Below, in pieces: positions 63,991 through 64,000 of a stretch of 64,000 nt of DNA. A program made the position numbers and the translations under genes. The number at the start of each line of letters is the position of its first letter. The stretch's first letter is position 1. Origin of the DNA: Neocallimastix sp. 'constans' (lineage: Eukaryota); contig JBODTK010000102.1 in NCBI GenBank assembly GCA_050613775.1, positions 62,001-126,000 of the forward strand. The letters are read 5' to 3'. The notes under the pieces were generated by a model. It was not told the DNA's origin and ran no database searches. It saw only the letters and a list, made by a program, of their open reading frames with translations.

Positions 63991-64000
63991 CATAATAAAT

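Overview
Extremely AT-rich eukaryotic DNA with short GT-AG introns. The composition and the GYY-repeat scaffoldin-like gene suggest an anaerobic gut fungus (Neocallimastigomycota); this is an inference. Host genes are sparse: a 3-exon scaffoldin-like secreted protein, a 4-exon SGNH/GDSL esterase, and three intronless bacterial-type glycan enzymes (putative rhamnosyltransferase-like, acyltransferase-3, GT2). Most of the rest is a nested graveyard of LTR retrotransposons: one nearly intact Ty1/copia element (7508-13009), many decayed copia and gypsy pieces, and a LINE tail. Three things stand out. (1) About nine copia-type LTRs are followed immediately by a primer-binding site matching the anticodon arm, and in several copies the D-arm, of tRNA-Lys(CUU), implying priming by a 5' half-tRNA-Lys. 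(2) Most of these LTRs end TG...AA rather than TG...CA, confirmed by a perfect 5-bp target-site duplication in one element. (3) Several LTR-bounded elements lack most of gag-pol and carry cellular gene cargo: a PL4 rhamnogalacturonan lyase in two related elements, an arfaptin/BAR domain in a third, and possibly a UDP-xylose synthase fragment in a fourth. Protein family calls come from motif recognition by eye, not database searches.
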